Positions 1-11,600 of a DNA stretch of 64,000 nt are shown one piece after another. This DNA comes from Chiloscyllium plagiosum. Taxonomy: Eukaryota. The translations under genes were made by a program, and so were the position numbers. Under the pieces are notes generated by a model that did not search any database, was not told the origin of the DNA, and saw nothing but the letters and a program-made list of their open reading frames with translations. The stretch lies in the NCBI RefSeq assembly GCF_004010195.1, contig NC_057719.1, positions 79,097,678 through 79,161,677 of the forward strand, in the 5' to 3' direction. Numbering within the stretch: the stretch's first letter is position 1; the number at the start of each line of letters is the position of its first letter.

Positions 1-14
1 TCACTCCATCTGGT

Positions 15-200
15 TTGGAACAGTTGAATTGCTTAGCAACATACAAATTAGAACCAATCAAAATAAACGTCTGGTTAAATGGTCACCAAGTTCTAATGGA
101 AGTTGATGCCACGGTTGTATTAGTAATAGCAGATCCAGTCTTCAACAAAATTCACTCTGGACTCCAATCCTTAAGTTTGCATAAGACCTTGGCTAGACTG
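15..200 (+). mobile_element. Decayed Gypsy/Ty3-type LTR retrotransposon protease fragment
   Basis: Translation EPIKINVWLNGHQVLMEVDATV resembles the Gypsy aspartic protease 'xxMEVDTGA' with the TG lost. Confidence 0.6.
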
Positions 201-349
201 AGAATGTCTAAAGATGTACAGGTTAGGTGGATTCACCATGATAAATTGTCTGTTGTGTCCAGGGATGTGCAGGTTAGATGGATTAGCCTTGGGAAATGCA
301 GGGTTACAGGTTGCGTTGGGTGCAGGTCTGAGTCGGATGCTTGTTAGAG

Positions 350-432
350 CACAAAACCAAAGCTGACATTCCAATGCATCACTGCTGCAATGTCTGAGGT
401 GCAGTATTTTTTGATGAGACATTAAACTGTTT
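350..432 (+). mobile_element. Deu-domain SINE fragment (SacSINE1/AmnSINE1-like)
   Basis: gctgacattccaatgca...tgtctgaggtgc...gatgagacattaaac matches the Deu core; reverse copies at ~37860, ~42290 and ~57880. Confidence 0.55.
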
Positions 433-1408
433 CTAGACCAATATGACTCTGGTTCGGAACTGCAGAAGAATCACCTCAGACTTGAAACATGATCTCTGTT
501 GCTCTTGCCACAGATGCCACCAGACCCATTGAGATTCTCTTGCATTCTCTGTTTTATTTCTGATTTCCAGCATCCACAGTATTTTGCTTTTATCCTTCCT
601 CAAGTGTAATACCGAGCACGGAACATAATACTCCTCCAGCAACGGTTTAACCAGTCCCCTTAAGCAATACCTGTGCCAGGTATGAATTTAATGTACAATT
701 TCTAAGTGTTTGCTATCAAATTACATTTTGTTACTTTTATTCTCAGCTGTGTGATTCTAATCAGTCATCCGCCTGGTAAAATGATAGTCTCATTAATATT
801 ATACAGTACAAACTGTTGTGGAAATTGGCCTTGCATTGCTCAGTCTGAACACAATGAAATGCAGTTATGATAAGCAGGTGGCAAATGCGCTGTCTATTTT
901 TGGGTTCTAGTGTGTGACCTGCATTAATACTGAAAAGGCAGATTGCAAGAGGAAGTTGATAAGGTCAGAGGAAAGATGACACCACCTACAATGACGACTT
1001 CCATTTTCATAGCACCTTTAGGAAGCTTTGAGGAGCGCTTTAAAAGCTAGTGAAATGGAGGAGTAGGAAAGATTAGAGAGGAACAAGTATCACTGTATGA
1101 GCATGCTAATTCACCCCCTCTGCTGAGAGTAAAAGCTGTCACATGGATTAATGGCAATTGCTCAATAGTCACTTAGAACAATTTGTCAAATGCATTTGCA
1201 ATTATTCTACTGCCAATAACATTAGTAACACCACCGCTTTGAAAAGGGTTAATCTCCTTAAGGTACAAACAATTTCCAATGCCAACATCATGTTCCGAGT
1301 GCTTGAGAAACTCACTGAATATGAAAGGGTTATGGGCTTTGGTCACATATGTCAGGTGACTCAGAAGTGTCAGCTGTAGCCTGGACAGTAACATTCCAGC
1401 CTTTGTCA

Positions 1409-1600
1409 TAGAATCATAGGGTCATACAGCATGGAAACAGACCCTTCGGTCCAACTAGTCCATGCTGAACATAATCCCAAACTAAGCTAGTCCCACCTGC
1501 CTGTTCCTGGCTTTTAAATATTCTAATTGGACCCACATCCATCACTTCCTCAGGAAGTTCATTTCACACGCAAACCATCTTCTGTGTAAAAAAATTGTCT
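1409..1600 (-). mobile_element. CR1 (HER1-like) LINE 3' end
   Basis: tagaatcatagggtcatacagcatggaaacagacccttcgg is the reverse complement of the CR1 3' UTR/tail seen at 15060-15115. Confidence 0.75.
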
Positions 1601-1689
1601 TTGTGTCAGAAAACTGTGAAAATCTCCTTTTAAAAAACTTTTGTGAGATCTAAGTTGATGTTTCAGTGTTGATGAAAGAACATTTCTTT

Positions 1690-2535
1690 CAGATGTGACA
1701 AATTGCAAAGGGTGAGGAGGATGGTGGGATCTTCAAAGGCCATAGGCAGATTGGTGGCGTGGGTGGACAAGTCGCAAAAGAAATGAATGCCATGAAGTGA
1801 TTTGTTTTGATAGGAAAAATGCCAAGTGATGACATAAAATAAAGGGCATAATTCTAAAGGGGTACAGGGGCAGAGAGGTCTGGGATTATAAATACATGAA
1901 TCATTGAAGCTGATAAGACATGATGGAGAGAGAAGTTAATAAAGCACATTATGCACTATTAATAAGGGCACTGAGTACAAAAATAAAGACAATGTATTAA
2001 TGTTGTATAGAACATTTGTTCATCCTCAATTGGAGTTTTGCATCTGATATTGGGCACTGGTGCCTTAGGAAAGATGTGAAGCTAAGAGAGACGATATGGA
2101 AAACACTGATTCCCAGGTTGAGCAACTTCAGTAACACGGATAGATTGGAAACATTTGGGGATTCCTTTGAGGAGAGGGCTCTGGACAGAATAGATGGGAA
2201 AAATATTTGCATAGTTAGAGTGTTGAGGACCAGAGGTCACAGATTTAAGGAAATTGGCAAACACAACAAAGGTAACGTGGGGGAAAATGTTTTCACCTGA
2301 GTGCTTAGCATCTGGAGGATGCTACCAGAGAGGTGGTTGAGGCAGATTCGGTTGAGAGATTCAGTTCAAGAGGGAGTTGCGCCATTATCTGGAAAAGGAA
2401 GAATGGGCAGGAATACAGGATGGGGGTGGGGGGCAAGGGTGTTATAGCATTCATTGAGTCGTTTCTTTAGTGAGTCAGCATAGACATGATGGGCCAAATG
2501 GTCTTCTGTGCTGTAACTATTCTGTGACTCTGAGA
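1690..2535 (+). mobile_element. Old CR1 LINE, RT C-terminus to 3' UTR
   Basis: LYRTFVHPQLEFC-like and RTRGHRFK motifs; ends gggccaaatggtcttctgtgctgtaactattct. Confidence 0.75.
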
Positions 2536-2699
2536 TCAATTGTAGCAATAATTCTCCTGGTACTACTTTGAGACATATTCTTCCCTCGTGCCTGGTCGAC
2601 GTTTACCTCTCAACCCAAAATAATCAAACACAAGGTTATTTTCCTCTGGAAAAATTGCATTCTAACCAGCAGGGGGCACCTTTTCTCATATCTCTTTAG

Positions 2700-3430
2700 C
2701 AACAGAAGTGGCTTTCACCAATAAATAATGTTCTCTTCATCAACAGGACAGACCATCCACCTAAAGGAGGTGGAAGCTCCATGAATTGAAAACCATTCAC
2801 AGCAATATGAGGCACTCTTATCACAGGCACAAGGAAATACCAACAGGAGGAGCTCTCTCCCACAATTACAGAACTCCCCTCAACAAAAGTTGATCACTCT
2901 TTTCAACACTAGAAGGCATTCTCTTCATTTAGATGAGCCCTTCTTTTTCCCCAGTGAATGACAGTTGTGCCCAGTGAAGTGTGGGACTCTCTCCACCAAT
3001 AAGTAATACTTTCTTTATGAGTATAAAGTTTTTTTGTCATGGATAGAAGAGCTCTTTTCATCAATAGCAATTGATCTGTTCACTAATAAGACATGCTACC
3101 CACCATTGCGAGGTACTCTGTACAACATGAGGAGATACTCGTTCTGTCTATAAGAGGTGCTAACAGTGTCAAAACCAACTGCAACAGCTCCTTACACCAT
3201 TAGGAGTTTTTTTTTGTGCCAAATGGAAAGGAGCTGCCTTCACCAAAAGTCATCACTCTGTTTGTAAGAAAGGAGATTCACCATTTATAGGAGGATTTCC
3301 CTTCAGCAGTAGATTGTTTTTACACGATTAGATGATCTTTTTATTGTTAGGAGGTGCTGTCTAATAGCAAGTTCTATCTTCATTAGGTTAAATTGTCTAC
3401 ACCAACAGGGAACATGATTATCACTCATGT
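2700..3430. repeat. Highly degenerate ~20-bp minisatellite (approximate consensus CACCAATAGGAGGCACTCTT)
   Basis: Recurring units such as caccaataaataatgttctctt, cagcaatatgaggcactctt, caacactagaaggcattctctt and caccattgcgaggtactctg; resumes near 4175-4230. Confidence 0.5.
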
Positions 3431-3465
3431 TTTTTTTCACACAGTGAGCAGGGCTCCAGACACTG

Positions 3466-4045
3466 TTTTTTTTTTTGGTTTTACCCCCACACTACCGCCT
3501 AACTGCGGTGGTGCTTATTTTTCCCCGGCACCCATTGTGTGTGTGCAGGTGTGAGATACAGTGAGAGACACAAGGTGCATGAGTCTTTAATTCAAATTTC
3601 CACCACCAGGAAGAAAGGAAACACCCGAGTGGCCAGTGACAAGCAGTGCCCTTCACATCAAAGGGTAATGCTGTGTGATCAAACAGTGAAGGGGAGGGCA
3701 GGGATTAAATCAAAATAGAGTTGGAGGGGGAAATAATGCACTCCACTCCCTGCGGCGCCCACCTCTCCCTGAACAACTCCAGGGTGTTGGTGGACACCGC
3801 GTGCTCCTTCTCCAAGGACACCCGGGCTCTAACGTAACCGCGGAAGAGGGGCAGGCAGTCGGCCCTAACGACCCCCTCCACGGCCCGCTGCCTGGACCTG
3901 TTGATGGCCAGTTTGGCCAGGCCCAGGAGCAGACCCACGAGGAGGTCTTCAGACCTGCCCTCCCTCCTCTGTACCGGGTGCCCGAAGATCAGGAGCGTGG
4001 GACTGAAGTCCAACCAAAAGCAGAGGAGGAGGTTTTTAAGAAAAA
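3466..4045 (-). mobile_element. Tx1/L1-group LINE, 5'-truncated: ORF2 C-terminus, 3' UTR and poly(A)
   Basis: ORF 3705-4157(-) reads FSPTLLIFG..LLLGLAKLAINRSR..RARVSLE..FRERW, typical of Tx1 ORF2 ends; T-run at ~3466-3476 is the poly(A). Confidence 0.85.
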
Positions 4046-4140
4046 AAATGTGCACACTCCACACAGATAGTTGCCCAAGGCTGGAATCAAACCCAGCTCC
4101 CTGGTATTGTGAGGCAACAGCATTAGCCACAGTGCTATGC
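4046..4140 (-). mobile_element. HE1-type SINE, tRNA-derived head
   Basis: Reverse complement of the HE1 5' part (A/B boxes, gtgtggagtgtgcac), as in the copy at 32391. Confidence 0.7.
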
Positions 4141-4354
4141 TCAGTTGTGAGCTTCACTGCTGTTAATTGTACTAATCACCAATGGGAGGGTCTCTCTTAA
4201 TCAATTGTAAGCTCCAATTCCACCAATAGTAGTTAACTGCCTCACAAAGGCAGCAGACCCAAATTGGATTCAGAATTCCTGCTGTCTGGACTTTGAATTA
4301 TTATTGTTATGCTTACACCAGTATGGTAAGCATATCATAAGTCACAGCATAGAA

Positions 4355-4550
4355 AGGTGATTGGTTAGCTCAGTTGGCTGGACAGGTTTGCAATTTGGAG
4401 TGATGTCAACAGCAAGGGTTCAATTCCCAGACCAACTGCGTTTACCACAAAGGAGTCTCCTTCTCAACCTCTTCCCTTACCAGAGGTGCGGTGTCCCTCA
4501 GGTTAAACCACCCACACTAATGAAAGAGCAACGCTATGGTGTTGGGCCAT
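4355..4550 (+). mobile_element. tRNA-derived SINE (second family)
   Basis: A box tagctcagttgg and B box ggttcaattcc; related copy at ~31300-31480. Confidence 0.6.
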
Positions 4551-5039
4551 TGCAGTGTTACCGTAAATAACGTGTTCACAATTCGGCAACAGTGGTACAA
4601 TACTACAACAACGACTTGCTTTTGTATCGACAAACATGGACTGTTTCGCTGCTTTGTTTGTGGTCTCGGCACACTTACTGTGAAGTGTCAGGATGGTGCT
4701 TGGTAGGAATTTCTGAAACAAAATTTAGCATCAAGCAAGTGACTGGAGCATTGTCTGGAGAGAATGTGAAAAGAAGAAACATATAAAGGAGACTATCCCT
4801 GGTGGGGAAAAAAAATCTTAAGAAGTAAGGCTGTCATTCCAATTCTGACCCATGAGCTGTTTTATTAGCCTTGGTGAATCAAGATCACGTAAACAATCGT
4901 CGATTGGCTTGTTTTAATCTGCGGTTTTATCAACGCAATAAAACAAAATCGTTTGATGTAATAGCAGTTCACGCTAACAACAGTGGAGCATTGTTTCCTC
5001 CACCCTCTCAGGATATTGTATGTCCAGACTGTGCTGGTG

Positions 5040-5229
5040 TCTCCCATCTGCCAGTGAACAGGAGAAGGAAGGAGGGAGGGGAACAGGAGAAGGAGGGGAA
5101 GAGGAGAAGGCGGAGGAACTGAATGACGGGCTGCACTCCTCTCCGTCTCACATGTGAGCTTGGGACGGCAGCAGCTCAAGACACTCGGGCTGGTTTATTA
5201 CACCGAGCAGGCAAGTCAGGTCAGTCCCC
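5040..5229 (+). promoter_or_regulatory. Putative promoter/5' UTR of the PPP1R14-family gene
   Basis: Unique sequence, relatively GC/CpG-rich with a GA-rich tract, directly upstream of the ATG. The TSS is not determinable. Confidence 0.4.
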
Positions 5230-5412
5230 ATGATGGCGGAGCCCAGCACACAGTCCCGTGTCTACTTTCAGTCCCCGGGCAAGGAAGAGGAGGCTCAGTC
5301 ACAGCGGAAACTGGGCAAGTTCACGGTCCGGTACGACAGGAAGGACCTGCAGCGGCGACTGGACATCGAGGAGTGGCTGGACTTCCAGCTCCATCAGTTG
5401 TATGGCTGTGAG
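5230..5412 (+). CDS. PPP1R14: Coding exon 1 of a protein phosphatase 1 regulatory inhibitor subunit 14 family gene (PPP1R14B/PPP1R14D-like; paralog uncertain)
   Basis: MMAEPSTQSRVYFQSP...RKLGKFTVRYDRKDLQRRLDIEEWLDFQLHQLYGCE matches the CPI-17/PHI-1 motifs (RVYF; TVKYDRKELxxRLxxEEW). The second ATG has a strong Kozak context (ATGATGG). A phase-0 GTGAGT donor at 5413 sits at the family's exon-1 boundary. Confidence 0.93.
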
Positions 5413-5784
5413 GTGAGTGGGGCAGTGCAGCGTTCACCTTGACTCAGGTCAGGCCGTGTGCTCGGATGCTGAGGGGGCTATGTGTTGTTAACCCCCCTGG
5501 CGGGGTCTGACCGCACTAAACGCTGCAGACACTGAATCTAGCAGCGACAGCCTGCCTTAGGTGAACACCTCTGTGTAAAAAGGTGAAAAACGCCAACCAT
5601 TTGCAATGCGCCTTCACCACGGCAGTGTCAATGTCCAAGAACTACCAACCGGATTGCACAGCAAAACATCTGTAATACCAAGCTGGGGTTTTTGGAATGG
5701 GCTCTGCTGAGTTTTCACAGTTACTGCTTTATTATTTAATTGGGTGATTTGTGCTGAAGGATTTGCAATCTTATTGAAAGCTCA

Positions 5785-6230
5785 GTGATTGTGTGGGCAT
5801 GGTTTTGAGTGTGTGCGTGTTGGGGGGAGTCTGTGATGTGGTGTCAGGGTGTGGTGCCATGTGGGGAGTACAGTACTGTGTCATGGTGTGGACACTCATG
5901 TTGCTGTATGGGGTCATAGTGTTGTGTGTGTGGGGGGGGGGGTCACGGGTATGGTGTGAGGACATGGCCATGCAATCATGTGGGGTCGTAGGCACAGCAC
6001 TGTGTGAGCTTGTAGTTATGTGGTTCCATTTGTTTGTGTGAGGAGTGGAGGGGTATGTGTTTTGGTAGGGGTATGGGGAGTTTGGTGACGTTTTTGTATT
6101 AGTGTGTTAGGATATGGGATGTGTTGGGGGTGCCTGTTTTGGTGGGTATGTGTGTATGGGGGTGAGGATATCTGTAGGAATGGAGGATCTATGGGAATGA
6201 GAGGGTATATAGCAGTGGTGCTGTTTGATG
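5785..6230. repeat. G/T-rich low-complexity tract at the start of intron 1
   Basis: Strong G+T strand bias with several G-runs. Confidence 0.7.
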
Positions 6231-6959
6231 GTCATGACAAATCCATTGATAGCTCTGAGCACTGGAAGAATAGGGAACTGAACAGGCTAAATCCTAGAAA
6301 TATGCAAACTATCCCAGATTCTATTCACTAGACTGTAACCACGTTCCTTTTGCTGAATGCTACCTCCAATCTGTCTCCATTTCCTATTTTACCTTGTTAG
6401 ATTGTAGTTGGATTTAAACACGTTTTAATTGTTTCTCTGATTTAAGATGTGATATTACAGGCAGTGAACATATCATGTTTCAGATTTGGGGGAGGGTGGA
6501 GGTAAAATATTAGAATAACAATCTGATAATATTGGAGTGATATTTTAAATTAATCTGTTTGGGCATGCTGGTTTCACACCCCTGGAGGAGGTAGGACTTG
6601 AATCTGGGCATCCCAGATCAGAGGTAGGGACATTACCACTGTACCATGAGAGCTCCCTCTGAGAATACCAGGAATTATAAGGCATTAATCAACATTATAA
6701 TGTGCATAGTTGATTATTGAATGTGAATGCAATTGTAATGTATTCCTAATTGGGAATATTTTTGAATCCAATTAGACTTTGGTCTGTTGTGGAAGTCGCT
6801 TGGATCATAATGAGATCATAGCTCAAGCTCTACTGAGCAGGTTCAGGTTTGATCCAATTCTGATCAGAGTACCGTGTTTGGGAGCAGATTCACTCGTAGG
6901 ACTCTAATAGGTGCAAGTGTTGATCTAAATGGGTCTCTAAACCAGTTGTATAATGAAAG

Positions 6960-7440
6960 GACTAACGTCAAACCTCAGCTCCACTTTACTGCCCATTCCC
7001 TCATCCTTTGGTTTGTTTAAAGTCTAAAACTCTTTATGTCAGCCTTGACATAACAACAGATGCTCAGTAACTGAGCATCCATAGCTTTCTTGGGTAGAGA
7101 ATTTTAAAGATTTGCAACCCTCTGAATGAGGAAATCTCACTTACCTCATTCTGAGATCATGAGACTGTGACCATGTGTTCCAGATTTCCTGCTAGTGAGA
7201 TCATCTCAGTATCTATTCCCTATGTGACCCCTTAAGAATATTTTGAGTTTGAGGTGATCATATTAAAACATCATCTAGACTGCAGGATATATAATGCTCA
7301 TCTACACAATCTCATCTTAGAGGATAACCCTCTCACCCCAGCATTTTAATCCAATGTACATTCATTGCTGCTTCTCTCAGGCAGGTATCCACTTCATTCT
7401 GTGCAAAGCCAGACATTGTGTACAGTTCTTCAGTTGTCAG
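6960..7440 (-). mobile_element. Old CR1 LINE 3' region
   Basis: ggtagagaattttaaagatttgcaaccctctgaatgaggaaat is the reverse of the CR1 FFTQRVVNLWNSLP region. Confidence 0.6.
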
Positions 7441-7449
7441 TTCATGAAC

Positions 7450-8560
7450 GCCCCACACAATTGCACCAAAACGTTCCAGCTCCTGTACTTAAATTCTTGA
7501 ACATTCAACCCCATAGTCCCAAAGAACCACTAATACAAGTAGTGCAACATATTGGGTTGCCTCCAGCACGGGGAACACAATACAGATTTGTACCTTCAAT
7601 CCCCAATCCCAAAGATTGTCCTATCAAATGGTCTTCTAATCTCCTCAGTCTCATTCTGAACCTGCTTACATAATTTTGGTTATACTTCTCTCCAGTCTTG
7701 CCTCTCCCTGGTTATGTGTTCAGCTAATGGAGGTTTGGGAATGAAAAATAATTCATTTATTGGTTGAGGTCTTATGGTTGTCAGAGATGCCGATGTTCTT
7801 CTATAGATATCCAATAATTCTATTGCCCTATGTGGGAAGGGTAAAATGGACATTGTGCAGTTTTGGATGGGTCCCAAAGTGTTTCCCATGTTGGAAAGAT
7901 ACCTTTTGTGATTGTTATACAATATTCTGCTCTTCCCTTGTATGCCACTTTGGTTACTTTCATATTCACTGTTGCTTGCATAGTACATTTTAAGGATATA
8001 AAACCATTCAAAGCTTCCTGTGTTGTAGATGGAGTGGGGATGGACATTAGCCACTTTCCCCATTCTATATCCCATCTGGGTGGACCCTGAAATCGCCTCC
8101 CCTGATGGTTCAGCACAGGCATGAATGTTTTTGTTAGACATCATGTGGTGTCCCTCACATATGATTCCAATATTCTCTACTTGGTATGTATGTTTGGGTT
8201 TCTCCTTTCCTATAATTATGGAATGGATGTCTGCACTCCTATCAACATATTTGTTTAACCAAATTATCAACCTTGATGTATGTGCTAAACCTTTGCATTG
8301 GCAACAGGTCAAATGCATTGACCTAGATGTCAAGTACTGGAGCTGGTTATTGGTGACTGAGAAGGGAATGCCCTCTGTATCTGTCTAAAATGTAGCTAGG
8401 TCTGCTCTACTATCCAACATCCATACACCCAGCAGACATCATCTTTGTGCTTCTTTGGTCCTTCAGCAACGAATTAATAGTTGTTACATGCTGTGCCATT
8501 GCAGTTATGTATAACCTTTGAGACTAACAGGTTCACAGAGCCACAGAGATGATATCAGTT
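7450..8560 (-). pseudogene. Decayed retroviral env (C-terminal/TM half)
   Basis: Frameshifted pieces: AMAQHVTTINSLLKDQ, DVCWVYGCW, YQVENIGII, KCTMQATVNMKVTKVAYKGRAEYCITIT, then LWDWGLKVQICIVFPVLEATQYVALLVLVVLW (Trp-rich segment plus TM). Lies directly downstream of the integrase. Confidence 0.65.
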
Positions 8561-8699
8561 TCGGGACACTGCTTCAGATGGGGGAGTGATTGGGGTTCCC
8601 CGGCCCCTCCAGCTTTGCGAAGGATTATCCTTCTTGTCCCAAATCATTAGGGCTTATTAGGGAGTCCGTATCTATGTTCGGCCACCTTTCTTGTGTTCA

Positions 8700-11600
8700 A
8701 GTTTGGTACAGGCACCCTCTTCATTTGGTTAGCCTGGAACCATATGACACTCCCGAAGTTGAATAACATGGATCATGTGACTGGCCTTGATCACAATAAT
8801 ATATGGGCCTCTATACAAGGGAACAGTTCTCTGTCAGCACCTGATCCCTAATATCCCACTCCTCTGTTTTATTTGTCATCATGAGCAATTTATTGTGTTG
8901 GCTTTTCCTCCCAACATTACAGGCTGTTTGGCTGCACAATTCCCAAAAGTGATTTGATGCTTGTTCGGCTCTTGTACCTGCTGGTGTGGCACTCAGTATG
9001 AGGTGGTGTGTGGGGGTCCCCATGAGTCTGTTAACCCATGGAGAGAGTACCCAGTCTCCTTAGATTTTTGGTCCTGTATATTGATGAGGAATGGTGTAGC
9101 ACCTCATCTCTTCTCTGAGGCTGACTTCAATCTGCAGTGCTATTCTAATGGTCTGGTTCACGTGCTCCACTGTTCCCTAAGTTTGAGGATTATGGGGTCC
9201 ATGCCATTTCCCCTCTGACCCCAACAACCTTAAATGGATTTACATCACCTGTGCCTTATTGATCTGATTCCAGTATACAGAACAACCTCTGTTATCCAAA
9301 CGTCAAATATCCGAATTTCGGATAATCCAATCAAGCTCTCGAGATCCTGGAAAAATGTTATCCGAACAAGCAGTTATCTAAACCAGATACTCCCTACCTG
9401 TGTCGCTTGGGTAATCGAGGTTGTTTTGTATCAGGCAAATCCCACCTTGAAAATGCTCCCTGTAAGAGGGTTGACTAAGTTGGAAGTCACATGACACCAG
9501 GTTATAATCCAACAAATCTCAAGGTGTTGGAGCACAGCCCCTTCATCAGGTGCAGTGAGAGAAGAGTACTCACGGATGTAGTTGATCGCCAGAGAGATCA
9601 AAAGACCATACAACTGGTGTGATTAGTGTCAGATAAGTCTCTGGCTTATAAGAGGGAGGGTTTTTGCAGTCTACACAGATGTGACCAATCTAAGGGGAAA
9701 GCCTGCATTCACTTTTTATAAAGTTATAAACCAGGACCAGGTGTTCTTTTATTTTCTTCACTGGTAGAAGACCAATAAAGTGGATTTGTATGGATTCCCT
9801 TCTGCCCATCAGTTAACTCTCAAGTTGACCTTCCGTTCTGGGTGTTTAGGTTATTCTGTCGTCTGATTCACATCATTTCACATGGGACTCCATATCTGTC
9901 CTTAACCATCATCCCACCTGCCTAACACGTTCCATGGATGTCTTGCACTGGGACTCCACGGGCCACTTCCAATTAACTCCTGTCAGTAAATCTCATATCT
10001 CCTTTGAACAACATGACTTCCTTCAGTACTAAACCTGTAGACTGCTGAGGGTCTTCCAAATCCTTTCCTCTTGCTTTTGTCTCAATAATATTTCTTGAAA
10101 CAGGGTCTTTTGAGGTGGACATCAGTCAGGTCTGAGTGAAGGGGCATGCACACCATTGCATCCTCACCCATTGTGGCTATCACAATGCCATGGGTTATCC
10201 TTCTCCGTTTCAGCTTTGAGTGGACTTTTGCCTTTGGGATGATGTTCTATTCCCTATTGACCACTTTCAAAATCACTCCGAGCATTGAGCTGGTCATGGA
10301 AGGCATCCTCTCATCTGGGTTGAATGGTCTAAGGGCCCATGTAGCTAGATGAGTTAAATGTGAGCATAGAACCAGAGCAGATGGGGTAGGGTATGGGCAA
10401 TTCCTACATGTGTGTGATCACATGGTATACTGCCTCCTGCTGGGTGTTCACCCTCCGAGCCAACTTCACTTCTCTGTCCAGGCAATACCCCCTTTTTGTT
10501 TTAACCACAAAGCTGTCTTGTCCTTCTGGATGTATGCCCATACATGTATTACCCTTGGTGTCCCATACCCCTTCTACAGTACATATGAGTGCACCCTCAC
10601 CATCCATGTTTACTGCCAGCTTTGGTTCATTGAATGGTTTGACGACAGATCCATCTCATCCGGGAACAAGGACGACATGTGCCATCTTTGTTCCTCACCT
10701 CCAACCAAAGCCTTGTGTGTGTGTGTGTGGGCTGGGTGGTCAGGGTTATACTGTGTGCTGCTGTACATTTTATAGAATACTGCAAAGCATATTGAGTGGC
10801 CAGAAGCTGTGTCTCACAGATACAATGTGCTTTCTCCACATCCCACGTGATGTGGGGGATGTATGTTTTCGGTGGCACCTGCCTGTGTACCTCCTGCACG
10901 AAGGCTCATGTCCGTGACTGCTACTTCCAAGGTGAAATCTCATTAGGATCTTTAGCTCACATCAGCCTGTGGTGCCAAAAACTGATTTTTGAGTTGGGTG
11001 AAGGCATCTTTGCATGTCTCTGTTCATTCACACTCCATCCCTTACTGAGGCAGCTCCAGCAGGGACGCTGCCATGTCTTTGTCCCTGATAAATTCCCTGG
11101 AATACCCTGTCAATTCCAGGAATGAGCAGACTCCCTATACTGCCTTATGTTTCCCTTCATTGACAGCACTGTCCCTGGGTCAAAGGGCCAACCCAAGAAA
11201 CTAAACCTCTCTCCCTGCCCAATCTGAGCCTTCGCAGAGTTTGTGTCCCATCTCCTGCAACAGAACAAGAAGGGTCAAGTGCTGCTATTCAGTTTCCCAG
11301 AACTGCACTAAGTTGTCCATACACTCCGCGAACTGTGTGGGGAGGGTATTTGAACTCTTCCAGCCCTTATGCTAAGCTCTGGTGGAAGATAGATGGACGA
11401 TTGTGTGACCCTTGGGATATCCTTGTTCAGTGGTAATCCGCTGCTACACACTAGGATCTATCAGGCTTTCAGACTGGCCAAATTGGTGAAGTCATGCAAG
11501 TGTCGAGGGAGGCGCAATAATCCTGCTCCATCAGTGAAACTATTGCAGTCTCCTGATCTCTCGTCACTCCCTTTTGAGAAGGGGTACTGTTTCTGGGGTC

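Noticed and set aside
2700..3430. CRISPR-like array
   Set aside because: Vertebrate context, no identical repeats with unique spacers, no cas genes.
7380..7460. ERV 3' LTR or polypurine tract
   Set aside because: env runs into CR1-like sequence, and no repeat matching the ~15400 end was seen.
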